A DNA stretch of 64,000 nucleotides from Paramoeba atlantica. Taxonomy: Eukaryota; Protista; Discosea. Shown piece by piece: positions 20,489-32,496 of this stretch (position 1 is the stretch's first letter; each line of letters starts with the position of its first letter). The DNA lies in the NCBI GenBank assembly GCA_977017575.1, contig CDRNVI010000039.1, positions 1 through 64,000 of the forward strand, in the 5' to 3' direction. The position numbers and the translations under genes are program-made. The notes beneath the pieces were generated by a model that saw only the letters and a list, made by a program, of their open reading frames with translations, was not told where the DNA came from and made no database searches.

Positions 20489-20995
20489 ATGGCGCCGAAA
20501 TCTGAAACTAAGAAAAAGGCGAAAACGAATCAGTCAAAGACTGAAATTAAACCTTTGAAAACCAAAGCGAAAGCCCGCGCACCCACCAAAGCCGTGTCTA
20601 CCCCAGTAAGGCCAAAGGCAGGTCACGCGAAAAAGAGAAAGATCCGAACCGACGTTACCTTTCGCCGTCCCCGGACTCTGCGACCTGCGAAACAGACCAA
20701 AGTATCCCGAAGGACTGCAGTTGTGAAAAAGCGGCTGGACACCTTTCGCACCATCCGGTATCCGCTTACTTCCGAAAAAGCAATGAAAAAGATTGAAGAC
20801 GACAACACATTGGTCTTTATTGTCGACATTCTTTCGAACAAACAACAAATTAAGGAAGCCGTTAAGCGAGCCTACAATATACGCGCCATCAAGGTGAACA
20901 CGCTCATCCGTCCGGATGGGAAGAAGAAGGCAATGGTGAAACTCCACAAAGATGATGATGCGCTGGACCTAGCCAACAAGATCGGTATTGTGTAA
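20489..20995 (+). CDS. RPL23A: 60S ribosomal protein L23a (uL23)
   Basis: [56 protein letters not shown]. Confidence 0.97.
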   Translation: MAPKSETKKKAKTNQSKTEIKPLKTKAKARAPTKAVSTPVRPKAGHAKKRKIRTDVTFRRPRTLRPAKQTKVSRRTAVVKKRLDTFRTIRYPLTSEKAMKKIEDDNTLVFIVDILSNKQQIKEAVKRAYNIRAIKVNTLIRPDGKKKAMVKLHKDDDALDLANKIGIV

Positions 20996-21245
20996 TTTCC
21001 TGTGTCAGATTGCGCTCGAGATGGAGTGGAAGATATGGAAGTGAATCGGAAAAGCCAACCGGAAGAAAGTGGTAGGTAAAGAAAAAAAAACCTTTGTGTT
21101 GTTTATGTGACTGGTATACTTCAACGGAAGAAGCTTTTACTAAACTAATGTTTATTTCAAAATATAGGATGCTCTGTACTTTCGTAGACCTGAAAACTTA
21201 GTCTCTAGGACAAACTTAATACACGAACTTCATTTTCTTTTTCTG

Positions 21246-21650
21246 ATGTTTCAAACTGCGCTGTGCCGATCTTTAGGCGGGAGTAAAGGTATTGGAGCCG
21301 CAACGGCTCTACTTTTGGAGCGTCGCTCGGGTGTGTGTAAGACATGGATTGATCAAAAAGGGTTTGGATTCGTCACCGATTCTAGCACCAACCAGGACGT
21401 GTTTGTACACTTCCGAGAGCTTACGTGCCAGAAACCGCGCAAAATGATGCAAGTCGGGGAGGAAATCGAGTTCGACGTGGAGGAGCTGGAAGGACGCCAG
21501 CGCGGAGTTCGTGTTACTGCCCCCGGTGGGGGACCTCTCCAAGGAGGCGACTTGGATCCCAGCATGTCGCGTGGGCGAGGTGGCAGCCGCGGCGGTCGCG
21601 GGGGCCGAGGGGGGCGTGACTACGCCTCCGATGATGGGTTTGATATCTAA
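21246..21650 (+). CDS. RBP16: Mitochondrial cold-shock-domain/RGG RNA-binding protein, RBP16-like, copy 1
   Basis: Presequence-like N-terminus, KGFGFV (RNP1), DVFVHF (RNP2), VGEEIEFDV, VTAPGG, RGG tail and DDGF end, as in trypanosomatid RBP16. Confidence 0.85.
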   Translation: MFQTALCRSLGGSKGIGAATALLLERRSGVCKTWIDQKGFGFVTDSSTNQDVFVHFRELTCQKPRKMMQVGEEIEFDVEELEGRQRGVRVTAPGGGPLQGGDLDPSMSRGRGGSRGGRGGRGGRDYASDDGFDI

Positions 21651-22114
21651 AATGAGCCAAAATAATCTTTCGCATCAGTAACAGGTACATTCACGTTATT
21701 TTTATTCATGTCTACATCACTATTTTGAAGTGTCTATTTAATTTGAGCTGGTAACCCATTTTATAAAAATCCTTTTAAACGATTTCTCGTGGTGTCGAAA
21801 AGAAAATTGTCAACGTCCAATAGTCTACTATACGATTTTGTTTGCCTTTTTCGAATTGGTGATTGCTTTTATGGTCAGTGTTGTTATGGGATTTTGACAC
21901 GCATTTTGGAAGAATATCGAAAGAAAGCTTAAGTTTTGGTGCTCAATTTTCCACGATGAACACGATGCACTTACTATTCCTTCCAGTTGTATACGATTTC
22001 TATATTTTTTTGCATTGTCTTCGATTGTCCAGACGTAATAAGGTTGTAAGGAAATTATGAGCATCGAGAAAAAGACGAAATTTTACTTACAGCAACTCAT
22101 ATCACAATCATTTT

Positions 22115-22516
22115 ATGTACTCTACCGCTCTTCGCCTGGCTGGTTCGACGCGTGGCATTGGAGCCGCAACGGCTCTACTTCTGGAACGCCACTCGGGTGT
22201 GTGTAAGACATGGATTGATCAAAAGGGATTCGGATTCGTCACCGACTCTAGTACCAACCAGGACGTGTTTGTACACTTCCGAGAGCTTACGTGCCAGAAA
22301 CCGCGCAAAATGATGCAAGTCGGGGAGGAAATCGAGTTCGACGTGGAGGAGTTGGAAGGACGCCAGCGCGGAGTTCGTGTCACTGCCCCCGGTGGAGGAC
22401 CTCTGCAGGGAGGTGACTTGGATCCCAGCATGTCGCGTGGGCGAGGTGGCAGCCGCGGCGGTCGAGGGGGTCGTGGAGGACGCGATTACGCCTCCGATGA
22501 CGGCTTCGATATCTAG
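22115..22516 (+). CDS. RBP16: RBP16-like protein, copy 2
   Basis: Protein identical to copy 1 from GIGAATALLLER onward except one R/H; different N-terminus. Confidence 0.85.
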   Translation: MYSTALRLAGSTRGIGAATALLLERHSGVCKTWIDQKGFGFVTDSSTNQDVFVHFRELTCQKPRKMMQVGEEIEFDVEELEGRQRGVRVTAPGGGPLQGGDLDPSMSRGRGGSRGGRGGRGGRDYASDDGFDI

Positions 22517-23002
22517 ATCCAAAGCGCAATCACGTCGTGATATTATCCTAGATTTTTATTAGATGATTTTTTTTGCAAAGCGTCACTATAATATAAGATT
22601 GCATTGAAAGATAGCAGTTGAATTACGGGTGTCCTTAAAAGGAATATTTTCGCTTGTTTTGCGCCTTTAGCAAGGTTTTCCGTCTGAGTTGCGTTCCGTG
22701 CGCGGGAGTGATGGCTCAATTGCATTTTAACCACATGTAACTTTTCTTGGTAACAATTTCTATTAACCAAATTGCAAAGTTCTGATTATTTCGAATCGTT
22801 TTTCACAGGTGCAACATTCTTGGTAATACACGTTGCACCATCTTCACATTTTATCGTAGATGGATAAACACACACCTTCCCTTTACAGCTTAACGCTCAC
22901 GAAAAAAAAACACACCTCTATCCAAATCCTCCTTTTTCCCTCCTTAACATCACCCCCCTCTCTTTCATCGCCTTTTTTCATCCCCCTTCCCTCTCCCCAC
23001 CC

Positions 23003-26000
23003 ATGCTACGCCACCCTCTCCTCCCCTGTCGTAAAATCACCTCCTCCCGCTCCTCCCCTCCCCCTCCTCCCCCCCTCCCCCTCTTCCCCACGCCCCACGC
23101 CCCCTACTCCACCCCCCCTACCCCTCCCCCCCGCTTCCACCCCTTCACCCGCCGCGACGAGGACGAGCTCCTCCACACGGTCACCACCAAGCCCCGCCAC
23201 GTGCTGCGAAAGGTGCGCCAACTCGTGTGGAGGTCCCGCAAGAGGGAACTCCAGTTCCGCTCCACCCTCACCTTCCTGGTGCTCACCCTCCAGGACCAGC
23301 TCCGGGCCCGCGCCCTCCCCCCCGCCACCGCGAGCGCCATCATGGAGGCCGTGATGCGGGAGTGCGTGCGGCTGGCCCAGCACGACATGGCCCACCTGCT
23401 GTTCCGGGCCTTCCTGCGGTTCCGCAAGCACGGCTGCGGGGTCACGGTGAACTGCGTGAGGTACCTGTTTGAGAGCTATAAGGGGGGGGTGGGGAGTAGT
23501 CGTATGAATAATAATGAAAATGTGAAGAATGATAATAGGAAGAATGATAATAGGAAGAATGATAATATGAGGAATGATAATAGGAAGAATAAGAACAATG
23601 AAACGATGAAGAATAATGAAACGATGAAGAATATAAACCATGAAACGATGAAGAATAAAAACGATAACAACACATGTAAGAAGAGTCCTAAGAACGATGA
23701 AAAGAATACGAATCCTGAAAACACGGATCACAACAACCCCTGTTACAACAACAACCAGGAGTTTATGTATCAACTCGCGTGTGAGATGAGAGGGGAGTCG
23801 GGGCTGCGACCGCTATGTATGGCGGCGCTGCTCTATGCGGGTCGCCCCAAGGAGGCGGAGGCGATGAGGGGGGCAGGGGGGGAGACCGGTGAGATGACCA
23901 CGCAGGATCGGTTAGCGTTACTCGAGGGGTACGACAAGTTGGATGATGTGAAACGGTTGGGGGAGTTGGAGAGGGAGTTTTTGGAGACACCGCAGGGGGG
24001 AGGGGAAGGGGAGAACGCCGAAGGGGAGAAACAGGCCAAAGAAAGTAAGGCCGCGGTGGTGAAAACCTTGTTAAGGATTTATCAAAGAAGGGGGGCGTAT
24101 GGGAAGGTGGAGGGGTTGCTGGGGGTGGTAACGCAGTGTGGGTTAGCGCTTGACCCGGTGGCGTTTTGTTCCATCCTACGCCATCGTACGCAGAAAGCAC
24201 AAACGGTGGAGGAACTCAACGAGGCGGAGCAAGCGGTACGTGACATGGGGTATGAGTTTGATATCGCAGGGTACAGTATTTTGGTCAGCGCGTATGCGCG
24301 GCTCACGACCTTTGGGGATCGTGCCAGTGAGGAGATTATGTTGGGGAAGGTGGACACGCTGCTGGGGTCGATTGAGGCTCGGCTAAAACACGGGGACCCG
24401 GACCTGGATGTGTCGGTGTCCCACCTGCGGGCGGTGATCCGGGGGTACGGCGCCGCGGGGAAGGCGGAGCGGATGCGGGAGGCGTGGAAACGGATGCAGT
24501 TCCGAGGGCTGAGTAACGACACCCGGGTGTATAATGAGATGGTGAAGTGGTACTCGCTGATGGGGAGTGTGAAGGATGTGCTGGATTTGAAGGAGCACAT
24601 GAAGGAGAGTGAGGTGTACCCGGATGCTCAGACCTATACGTGGATCTTTCGCTCCCTCGGGAAGTACTACCCGCGCCAGGTGGCCGCGCTTTATGAGGAG
24701 ATACAATCCAATCGCGTGCGTCCGGACCTGACGCTGTACACCACCATGTTGGGTGTCTTCGGGGATCTCCGAATGGAGGACAAGGTGAAAAAAATTGTCT
24801 CGGAAATGCAAAAGCGAGAGGAGGCGGGGACGCTGCAACCGAGTCCGTTTACTTATGCTGTGCTGATGCGGTTGCACTCGTCGAACCTCGCAAAGGTGGA
24901 GGAGCTGTTCGCGGAGGCGCAGAAAAAGGGTGTCGGGGATTTCCCTCATGTTATTACGATATACCTACACTGCCTCACGCGAGCGAATGAACGCGAAAAG
25001 ATTAACACCCTGCTGCAGTCCTGGCCCACATGGCACACCAATGTGTACAACGTTCTCATTGCCTTTCACGCTCGCCACGATGAGAGGGATAAAGTGTTTG
25101 AGCTGCTGGACAAGATGAAGACAGAAAACGTCGAGTACAACCACGTCACCTATGGCACACTGATTACGGTGTTTGGTCGCTGGAAGGATACCCCACGGGT
25201 TCTCGAGGTCATGGAGAAAATGAAAACAAGCGGGAACTCGCAGCTGAACGCTCATTTCTACTCCATTCTCGCGAGCACCTACAGCCGTCTCGGGGACAAG
25301 GAGGGGGTCAACGACGCGTGGGAGGATTTGCAGTCCTCCCGTCTTTACCCCGACACGGAGGTCTACAACACCTTCCTTGCACTCTATGGTAAACAGCACA
25401 ACGTGGATAAGATGCAGCACGTGCTGGATAACATGCTCAAGAACGTCCCACCGAATCCCCTGACCTCCTCGACGGTGGTCGACATGTTAGGCAAAGCCGG
25501 GAAGATCAGTGACATGGAGCAGCTCGTGGGGGAGATGAAGAACCACCCCGACATGTGTCCCACCAGTGTGACGTATCACCAAATCATGAATGCGTACGCG
25601 AAGACGGCGGATGTTCGAAAGATGGAGCACACCCGGGCAGAGATGCTCGAGAAAGGGTACACGGAGAATGCCGTGACGTACAACATCCTCTCCGATGGCT
25701 ACGGCCGCGCGAAGCGTTATGAGCAACTCGGCGAACTCGTCCAAGAAAGGGTCTCGAAAGGGATTCCAATGGAAGAGACAGGGGTATGTGTTCTGGTGAC
25801 GTCGTTTGCGCGTGCACGGATGATTAAGGACGTGAACAAGACGATTTCGCTGTTTGTACCCGATCCGGATACCCCGCCCGTGAAAGAGGGGGAAGAGAAG
25901 AGTGAGGAGAAACCCCCAACGTCGCCATCCGTGCCCTACACGAATAAACTGGTATGGACAATGATTGACGCGTACTGTCGGTGCGGTGATGCCCATCGTA

Positions 26001-26383
26001 TGGAGCAGTGGGTACGACGTCTCCATCACGGTACCATTCCCTTGAAGCCTTCCGATCGCTCTTCCCTGATTGGGTACTACGGCCGTGTAGGTGCTGTGGA
26101 GAAAATGGAAGAAATGGCGAACGAGCTGAAGAAGGCTGACGTGTCAGTGAGCTATGCGGCGTTAAATTCCATGGCACGGACGTACGCCAAGGCGGGAAAG
26201 TTTGAAAACACCATCGAGGTTCTTCACAGATTAAGGGACAAGAAACAAGTCCCAGACGCCTCCACAAGTTTAATGCTGAGTGGACTGTTTCTGAAGGCAG
26301 GGTTGCAGGAACAGGCCCAACAGGTTGTTGAGTGGAGGAAACAGTACGCACAGTCCTATGCTGATGAGATTGAACAAGCCTAA
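23003..26383 (+). CDS. Pentatricopeptide repeat (PPR) protein, probably mitochondrial
   Basis: 1126 aa with many ~35-aa helical repeats (TRVYNEMVKWY, TEVYNTFLALYG, VTYHQIMNAYAK, VTYNILSDGYG); Asn/Lys-rich tandem insert at ~23500-23760. Confidence 0.92.
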   Translation: MLRHPLLPCRKITSSRSSPPPPPPLPLFPTPHAPYSTPPTPPPRFHPFTRRDEDELLHTVTTKPRHVLRKVRQLVWRSRKRELQFRSTLTFLVLTLQDQLRARALPPATASAIMEAVMRECVRLAQHDMAHLLFRAFLRFRKHGCGVTVNCVRYLFESYKGGVGSSRMNNNENVKNDNRKNDNRKNDNMRNDNRKNKNNETMKNNETMKNINHETMKNKNDNNTCKKSPKNDEKNTNPENTDHNNPCYNNNQEFMYQLACEMRGESGLRPLCMAALLYAGRPKEAEAMRGAGGETGEMTTQDRLALLEGYDKLDDVKRLGELEREFLETPQGGGEGENAEGEKQAKESKAAVVKTLLRIYQRRGAYGKVEGLLGVVTQCGLALDPVAFCSILRHRTQKAQTVEELNEAEQAVRDMGYEFDIAGYSILVSAYARLTTFGDRASEEIMLGKVDTLLGSIEARLKHGDPDLDVSVSHLRAVIRGYGAAGKAERMREAWKRMQFRGLSNDTRVYNEMVKWYSLMGSVKDVLDLKEHMKESEVYPDAQTYTWIFRSLGKYYPRQVAALYEEIQSNRVRPDLTLYTTMLGVFGDLRMEDKVKKIVSEMQKREEAGTLQPSPFTYAVLMRLHSSNLAKVEELFAEAQKKGVGDFPHVITIYLHCLTRANEREKINTLLQSWPTWHTNVYNVLIAFHARHDERDKVFELLDKMKTENVEYNHVTYGTLITVFGRWKDTPRVLEVMEKMKTSGNSQLNAHFYSILASTYSRLGDKEGVNDAWEDLQSSRLYPDTEVYNTFLALYGKQHNVDKMQHVLDNMLKNVPPNPLTSSTVVDMLGKAGKISDMEQLVGEMKNHPDMCPTSVTYHQIMNAYAKTADVRKMEHTRAEMLEKGYTENAVTYNILSDGYGRAKRYEQLGELVQERVSKGIPMEETGVCVLVTSFARARMIKDVNKTISLFVPDPDTPPVKEGEEKSEEKPPTSPSVPYTNKLVWTMIDAYCRCGDAHRMEQWVRRLHHGTIPLKPSDRSSLIGYYGRVGAVEKMEEMANELKKADVSVSYAALNSMARTYAKAGKFENTIEVLHRLRDKKQVPDASTSLMLSGLFLKAGLQEQAQQVVEWRKQYAQSYADEIEQA

Positions 26384-26626
26384 TGCTTCCTTTTTTCGTT
26401 TATGTGTATAGCACCAAAAAAATGCGCCCATTTTACTTTTTTAAAAACAAAAATGATCCACGATGGTTTCACATCACCCTTCAATTACAATTCTTTGTGT
26501 CCACGTTTACCACACGCTGCAGTGTAACGCAATCCTCATGTATTACACAATGTACGAACTCTCTACCATGAAAAAACAAAGTCACTTTCTTCTTTTTACA
26601 ACACACACACACACTCACTCACCCCC

Positions 26627-28891
26627 ATGTCCACCCCCCACGAACCGACCTACCCCGAGACCTTTAACGGGGTCATTGGAATTGATCTCGGCACCACCTA
26701 CTCCTGCGTCGCTGTTTTTCGTCACAACCGGGTCGAGGTCATCCCCAACGACCAAGGCAACCGCACCACCCCCTCCGTCGTGTCCTTCACCCCCGAGGGC
26801 ACCGTCATCGGGGACGGCGCCCGCAACCTTCTCACCCGCTACCCCGCCTCCACACTCTACGACGCGAAACGCCTGATTGGTCGTAAATTCACCGACCGTG
26901 AGGTTCAGCAGGATATCCCGATGTGGCCGTTTAAACTGATCCGGGACCCCAACAGTGGGAATATTCAATATGTCCTGGGTGAAAACAACAATGAAAACAA
27001 CAACACGGATATGAGTAATAATGAGAAGGAGATGACAAACAGATCAAACGCGTCCTCCCTGCTCTTCCCCGAGGAGCTCAGCGCCCTGGTGCTTCGTTAC
27101 CTCCGTACCTGTGCGGAACGGTTCCTTCACCAAAATGTCAAGACCGCAGTGCTCACAGTCCCGGCCTACTTCACCGATGCCCAACGGGAGCGTACAAAGG
27201 CCGCGGGGCAGATTGCGGGGCTCGAAATCTGTCGTATCATTAATGAGCCCACAGCCGCAGCCCTGGCCTATGGGCTGGAGCCCCATGGAAAACAAAATAA
27301 GGAAGGGAAACCAATGTTAAAAGAAGATGAAAAGAATAAGGAAAGTGAAATTTTGAAAGAAGATGAAAAGAATAAGGAAAGTGAAATTTCAAAAGAAGAT
27401 GAAAAGAATAAGGAAAGCAAAACCATTTTAGTGTTTGACCTCGGAGGGGGCACGTTTGATGTCTCCGTGATTGTCCTCGAGCAGGGGGTACGGGAGGTGA
27501 AGGCCACCGCCGGGGACACCCACCTCGGGGGACAGGACTTTGACAGCGCTGTGGTGCACGCGTGGGTGGAGGAGATACAGCAAACCCACGACGTGGATTT
27601 GAGTAAAAATGTGAAAGCGATGGCACGACTGCGGAATGTCGCGGAGAGTGCAAAACGGACGCTGAGTTACGCACAAAGCTTTGAGACCGAGGTGCCGGGG
27701 TTGGTGGGAGGGGAGGATAAAATATTGCGGCTGAGTCGGGCGAAATTCGATGAGTTAAACGAGGGGCTGTTTCGGAAATGTCTCGTGGAGGTGGAGAGGG
27801 TGCTGAAAAGTGCCAAGGTACATGAGAAGCAGGTGGATGAGGTGTTGCTGGTGGGGGGGAGCACGCGGATTGTGAAGATTCAAACGCTGCTGGGGGAGTA
27901 CTTTAAGGGTGTGGTGCTGAGTCAGTCGGTGAACCCGGATGAGGCGGTGGCTGCGGGGGCCGCCGTCCAGGGGGCGATTCTCAGCGAAGCCCCGGAGCAG
28001 CAAAGTGAGGCTACAAAGGATATGCTCCTGCTGGATGTCGCCTCCCTCTCGATCGGGGTGAATATTGACGAGGGCAGGATGGATGTACTGATCCCACGTA
28101 ACAGCTCCATTCCCACCCGTGTCACAAAGGAGTACCACACCATAGATGATTACCAAACCGAGGTGCTGCTGGAAATCTACGAAGGGGAACGCCCTCGAGT
28201 GTCCCAAAACCATTTGCTCGGGAACTTTCGACTCACGGGGATACGAAAGGCCAAACGAGGAAAAGTGGACATTGCGGTGACGTTTGCCGTGGACGCCAAT
28301 GGAGTGCTCACCGTAACCGCCGAGGAGGTGGGGGGGAAGAAGCAGTCTCTTGTGGTGAAAAACCAGGACCGGTTGGGGGTACAGGAGATTGAGCAAATGG
28401 TTAAAAACGCGGAGGAACGCGCCGCCGAGGACGCCACGCTTCGACGTGTCCTGGAGCTTCGCACGGAGGTGGAGCGACGGCTCTACCAGGCTCGTTCCTC
28501 TCTGAATTCTTTGCTCAAACACTTCAGTTCGTCGGATCCTGCGCATGAGGAGTCCTTGAAACTGAAGGAAAAGGTGGGAAAAGCTTTTGCGTGGTTGCTG
28601 GATAAGGGACTGGATGTGACTCTAGAAGAGTTAGAAAGAAATGGCACCAAGTTGGACAATATCGAGAGTGCGGTTGAAAGACTGCAGAGTCTTGCGAAAG
28701 AGTCTGGCAAAGAGAAGCGGAAAGACAGCTCCGTGCACTCACCTCATTCTCCTGAAGAGAAAAAGAAGAAAAGAGAAAAATTGAAGGCGAAATATCACGT
28801 TGCGGAGGCCCCGAACGAAGAAAGTAGGGAAACTCCAGCGGAGGATAAGAGCACTAATGATCAGGGTGATGAAGCAGAGGAAGTCAACTAA
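26627..28891 (+). CDS. HSP70: Atypical cytosolic-type Hsp70
   Basis: [59 protein letters not shown]; two low-complexity inserts; ends EEVN. Confidence 0.93.
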   Translation: MSTPHEPTYPETFNGVIGIDLGTTYSCVAVFRHNRVEVIPNDQGNRTTPSVVSFTPEGTVIGDGARNLLTRYPASTLYDAKRLIGRKFTDREVQQDIPMWPFKLIRDPNSGNIQYVLGENNNENNNTDMSNNEKEMTNRSNASSLLFPEELSALVLRYLRTCAERFLHQNVKTAVLTVPAYFTDAQRERTKAAGQIAGLEICRIINEPTAAALAYGLEPHGKQNKEGKPMLKEDEKNKESEILKEDEKNKESEISKEDEKNKESKTILVFDLGGGTFDVSVIVLEQGVREVKATAGDTHLGGQDFDSAVVHAWVEEIQQTHDVDLSKNVKAMARLRNVAESAKRTLSYAQSFETEVPGLVGGEDKILRLSRAKFDELNEGLFRKCLVEVERVLKSAKVHEKQVDEVLLVGGSTRIVKIQTLLGEYFKGVVLSQSVNPDEAVAAGAAVQGAILSEAPEQQSEATKDMLLLDVASLSIGVNIDEGRMDVLIPRNSSIPTRVTKEYHTIDDYQTEVLLEIYEGERPRVSQNHLLGNFRLTGIRKAKRGKVDIAVTFAVDANGVLTVTAEEVGGKKQSLVVKNQDRLGVQEIEQMVKNAEERAAEDATLRRVLELRTEVERRLYQARSSLNSLLKHFSSSDPAHEESLKLKEKVGKAFAWLLDKGLDVTLEELERNGTKLDNIESAVERLQSLAKESGKEKRKDSSVHSPHSPEEKKKKREKLKAKYHVAEAPNEESRETPAEDKSTNDQGDEAEEVN

Positions 28892-29368
28892 CATATTGCG
28901 TCAACGAAAGGAGAAGCGTGTAGTTGCAAGAAGAGCTCATGGTCATACTTCTGTGCGTCATGAGCGACTTAATCTTATTCCATCTGCAAGAATTTGCAAA
29001 CGAAGAGACAAAAGAGAAATTGCAATAGCCTGCTTTTTTATTTTGTACATGTCAACATTGCTTTTGTTTTTCAAAGCTTTTCTTACGATTGTCTGACTTA
29101 GCCACCCTACGGGTAAACCTACAGGATAAAGTTTATGCGTACTGTATCAAGCTAGTAGCCGGTTGTATTCGTTAGTTTTCTGCTTCGGTGGTATACAAAC
29201 GATTACTGTACTCTTTGTATATAACCCTTTGTATGTAAATATAACCCTTTGTATCTTTTATCCTTGTATTGCTCTACCTGAGTATAATTTTTCATCCGAT
29301 CAAATTTGTGTGTTACACCTCTCTCAAGAAAATGGTACGCCACTCCAACATTTCTTCTTCTTTAGCTC

Positions 29369-31651
29369 ATGAAAAGTGATATCACGCAAGATATTCTCGT
29401 TGCTGTTTGTGGACAACGAGATATTGCCTCTAAGTTGCCGACCACAAAATCAGTTAATTTGAAACCATGCCGAGCTAGCGAATTTCTGAACAAAGTACTT
29501 CCCTCTTTCTTGTCGATACCATCTTTAATCCCGACTATTAAAAGCAATGATGAACAATATCTTGTATGCATTACCATAGCCAAGTTGCTAGGCAATGCCG
29601 TATTCACTAGTCTGCAAAATATAATTACGTCAAGTGACTCGATAAACGATCAAAATGTTATGGAATGGATAGAGCAAGTCACGGGGTGTTTCGAATATGT
29701 TACCGAACGAATTCTCCCCTGTATATCTTCTGTCTGTGCTCGCCAGAAAGCTGCAGAAAAAGCAACAGGTCGGATTCACTCAACTACAGAATATCGAGAG
29801 GTCGTGGACACATTTTATTGTCACGTTCATGCTTCACTGGAGGCATACTGTGGGAGAATTCGAACGACTCATTCTGAATCTGCGCGATGGATTGAGCACG
29901 CTGACGGTTTTATGCGGAGACTGATAGAAGTCTCTTTGCTTCACGAAGAATGTTCTTCAAGCATTAGAGAGTTGGGGGTAAACCGACTTCCTTGTCTACA
30001 TGCAGCAGTTCAGAAACTCATCGAAATTCAAGTCAAGAAATGTGTGGGTCAATGGAATAGGACTCCTTTACACCACAGGGCATTCCATAAAGTGTTGGAA
30101 GAGATAAATATTTACACAAATGGATTTGGTCGTTTAGGAATAGAAATTCATGCGAATGCGTACGAAAAGGTTTTTTCAAAAGAAATGTATCGACTGCGCT
30201 TGGATCAGCTGCTCCTTATTTTCTTAGAGTATCCTGAAACGATCGCCTCTTTGAACGATTTTCAGGATGCAATGAATTTCTTGCTGGACAGCTCTGAATT
30301 GAATCGGCGAGAGGTTACCGAACAGATTACCACAAGCCTCGTAAGCCAGTGGGAAGATTATTTTGTGCAAGATAAGCATACAACGACGGCTATCCGTCTC
30401 TATTTTCTCGCGTCTTGGATCTCCACTCATGAGCTGGAAAAAGCATTGAACGTCTTTAACGCTGAAATGTTTCTTGTCGCCTTGCGAGAAAAGTCCGATA
30501 TCATAAAGGAAATTGCCTTTGCATTTCTGGACCCTCATAGCGTGTTACGGATTCCGGCTGCAGATGTCTCAGAGAAGGAGGAAGAGAATGACAGGGATAA
30601 AATCTTTTTGAAACTTCTTGAACACGTTTCTAAAGAACAATTTTTGTTAGTCTATCATGAAAAATTGGCCTCTCAGCTCTTAAAATCTGACAAGTCGAAC
30701 ATAGATAACGAATCTAGCAGTATCGATCGCCTCGAGAGACTGCTGGGAGAAAATAGCGTAAACTCGTTTCGAATTATGCTTAGTGACGTTGTGGCTTCGC
30801 ACCGACTTGAGCAAAGTATCCAAAAGAAGCCGCGATCCAGGATAGCTCGCGATACTTCTTCAGTTCAGGTGGCATTTACCATACTTTCAGAAAGTTTTTG
30901 GCCGAAGTTTCCTACAGAAAGCGCCGTTGGCATTCGCTGGCACCCTAAAATTGATGAGCACTTAAAAACAATTTCTCGTGTATACGAGACGAAGTACTCT
31001 AGACGCACTTTGAGTTGGCATATAGCCCATAGCGAGGTGGAGATAGAGCTTGAGCAAATCAATGACAAAAGAACAAAAGAACACGCTCACATCTTGACGG
31101 TAAACGTAGTACAAGCAAGTGCTCTACTTTATATAGTTGAAACATTGCCCGTACTGTCGGCATCTTTAGGGATTCCTGGAAATGATTTCGTACAAGGGAT
31201 GAAAACATCAATCATTTCGAAGAAATTGGGAATCTCGGTATCGATGTTATCCGGATATTTACATGATCTTGTACCGACTACACTAAAATATTATCCCGGG
31301 AACGAACCGGTTTATGTACTTTCAACAAATAGATCGTTTCCATCAGAATTCTTGAGTAATACAAAGGAAGCTACAAGCAACAAAGATAAGGGAGCGGGCG
31401 AGCATGACCGTGAAGACGAATCAAAAGAGGTAAACGACATTCAACCGATGATAGATTCAGTGTGCCACTCTATTCTTTCATATTTGCAAAGCAGTGCTGT
31501 CCCCAAAGCGCAGTCACAAATTGAAAGTTCTTTACGGATTTTCGGTCAGTTACCAAGGGGTGCTCCAATAAACCTCATAGGGAACTGCATTTCAACATTA
31601 GAAATAGATGACAAGGTCTTGCGCAGGAATAACAAGTTTACATTGAAGTAA
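29369..31651 (+). CDS. APC2: Anaphase-promoting complex subunit 2 (cullin-homology protein)
   Basis: FLLVYHEKLASQLL...LGENSVNSFRIMLSDV, ILSESFWP and RTLSWHIAHSEVEIELE match the APC2 cullin region; winged-helix-like C-terminus. Confidence 0.75.
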   Translation: MKSDITQDILVAVCGQRDIASKLPTTKSVNLKPCRASEFLNKVLPSFLSIPSLIPTIKSNDEQYLVCITIAKLLGNAVFTSLQNIITSSDSINDQNVMEWIEQVTGCFEYVTERILPCISSVCARQKAAEKATGRIHSTTEYREVVDTFYCHVHASLEAYCGRIRTTHSESARWIEHADGFMRRLIEVSLLHEECSSSIRELGVNRLPCLHAAVQKLIEIQVKKCVGQWNRTPLHHRAFHKVLEEINIYTNGFGRLGIEIHANAYEKVFSKEMYRLRLDQLLLIFLEYPETIASLNDFQDAMNFLLDSSELNRREVTEQITTSLVSQWEDYFVQDKHTTTAIRLYFLASWISTHELEKALNVFNAEMFLVALREKSDIIKEIAFAFLDPHSVLRIPAADVSEKEEENDRDKIFLKLLEHVSKEQFLLVYHEKLASQLLKSDKSNIDNESSSIDRLERLLGENSVNSFRIMLSDVVASHRLEQSIQKKPRSRIARDTSSVQVAFTILSESFWPKFPTESAVGIRWHPKIDEHLKTISRVYETKYSRRTLSWHIAHSEVEIELEQINDKRTKEHAHILTVNVVQASALLYIVETLPVLSASLGIPGNDFVQGMKTSIISKKLGISVSMLSGYLHDLVPTTLKYYPGNEPVYVLSTNRSFPSEFLSNTKEATSNKDKGAGEHDREDESKEVNDIQPMIDSVCHSILSYLQSSAVPKAQSQIESSLRIFGQLPRGAPINLIGNCISTLEIDDKVLRRNNKFTLK

Positions 31652-31833
31652 AAAAGCATGATTATTTATTGCGTTAGTTGCACCAACATTGCTTTCCTTG
31701 AAGGCTACAAAACAGTGACGCATGGCCTTTAGCACATTCCACACGTTGTTACACAAGCCTGTGATCCGCTAACCAATAGAAAGTGTCCCTCTCCCTTGTT
31801 AATGCTAAAAATGTGTATTACCAATTTTCAGTA

Positions 31834-32393
31834 CAGAGCGGAACTTAATTACGGGGCACCATAGTTAAGGGACACCCCCTTTGGGGTCAAAAGTGTCCCT
31901 TAGCTTTCAGCTGTCTTATGGAAAAGGGCGATATTACATACACCATTATTGTGTTTTAACAATTTTTTTTCTTGCAAATACTGTCCCCCCCCTTAAGAGC
32001 ACCCGGTCAGACCCCCCCGTTTAAGCGCACATAGAGTTGAGATGCGGACTCCGGCGCCACGAAGCGGCGCCAAATTTGTTTTTACGTACTGATTCAGACC
32101 CCCCCGTTTAAGCGCACTTTTCACGGAAAACGAGGTGCGCTTAAACGGGGGGGACAGTATATCTTCTCATGGAGCCGCACCAAGTCCAAGTTTCAGCAAG
32201 ATCAATTTCAACCAGTGTCCCTGTGGTCGGCGAACTTGCGCTTGAGGAACGTGGAAAGGCTGAAAATGGGACCCACAACACTTTGTTACGGGCAGTGGGA
32301 GCGAAACTCCCAAGGCCCAAGTGCCCCTTCATTAAGTGTCCCGTAATTAAGTTGTCCCGTAATTAACGTGTCCCGCAATTAAATCCCGCTCTG
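31834..32393. mobile_element. MITE (560 bp including a nested element)
   Basis: TA|CAGAGCGGAACTTAATTACGGGGCAC and the reverse complement CAGAGCGGGATTTAATTGCGGGACAC|TA; subterminal TGTCCCGTAATTAA repeats. Confidence 0.85.
31981..32157. mobile_element. Mini-MITE (177 bp) nested at a TA
   Basis: TA|CTGTCCCCCCC...GGGGGGGACAG|TA; internal CAGACCCCCCCGTTTAAGCGCAC twice. Confidence 0.85.
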
Positions 32394-32496
32394 TACATGA
32401 TATCAGCGCAATGGCGCAAATTCATGTACTATATCCCCCCCTGCTTATGAGTTCCCCCAATTGAGGTACGCTTAAGAGTTCCTTGTTCTAAAGTGA

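Noticed and set aside
23006-28742. Many long antisense and alternate-frame ORFs over PPR and HSP70 (also over the carrier, MBL, NOC4 and last LRR genes)
   Set aside because: Shadow ORFs caused by GC-rich, skewed codon use; no motifs.
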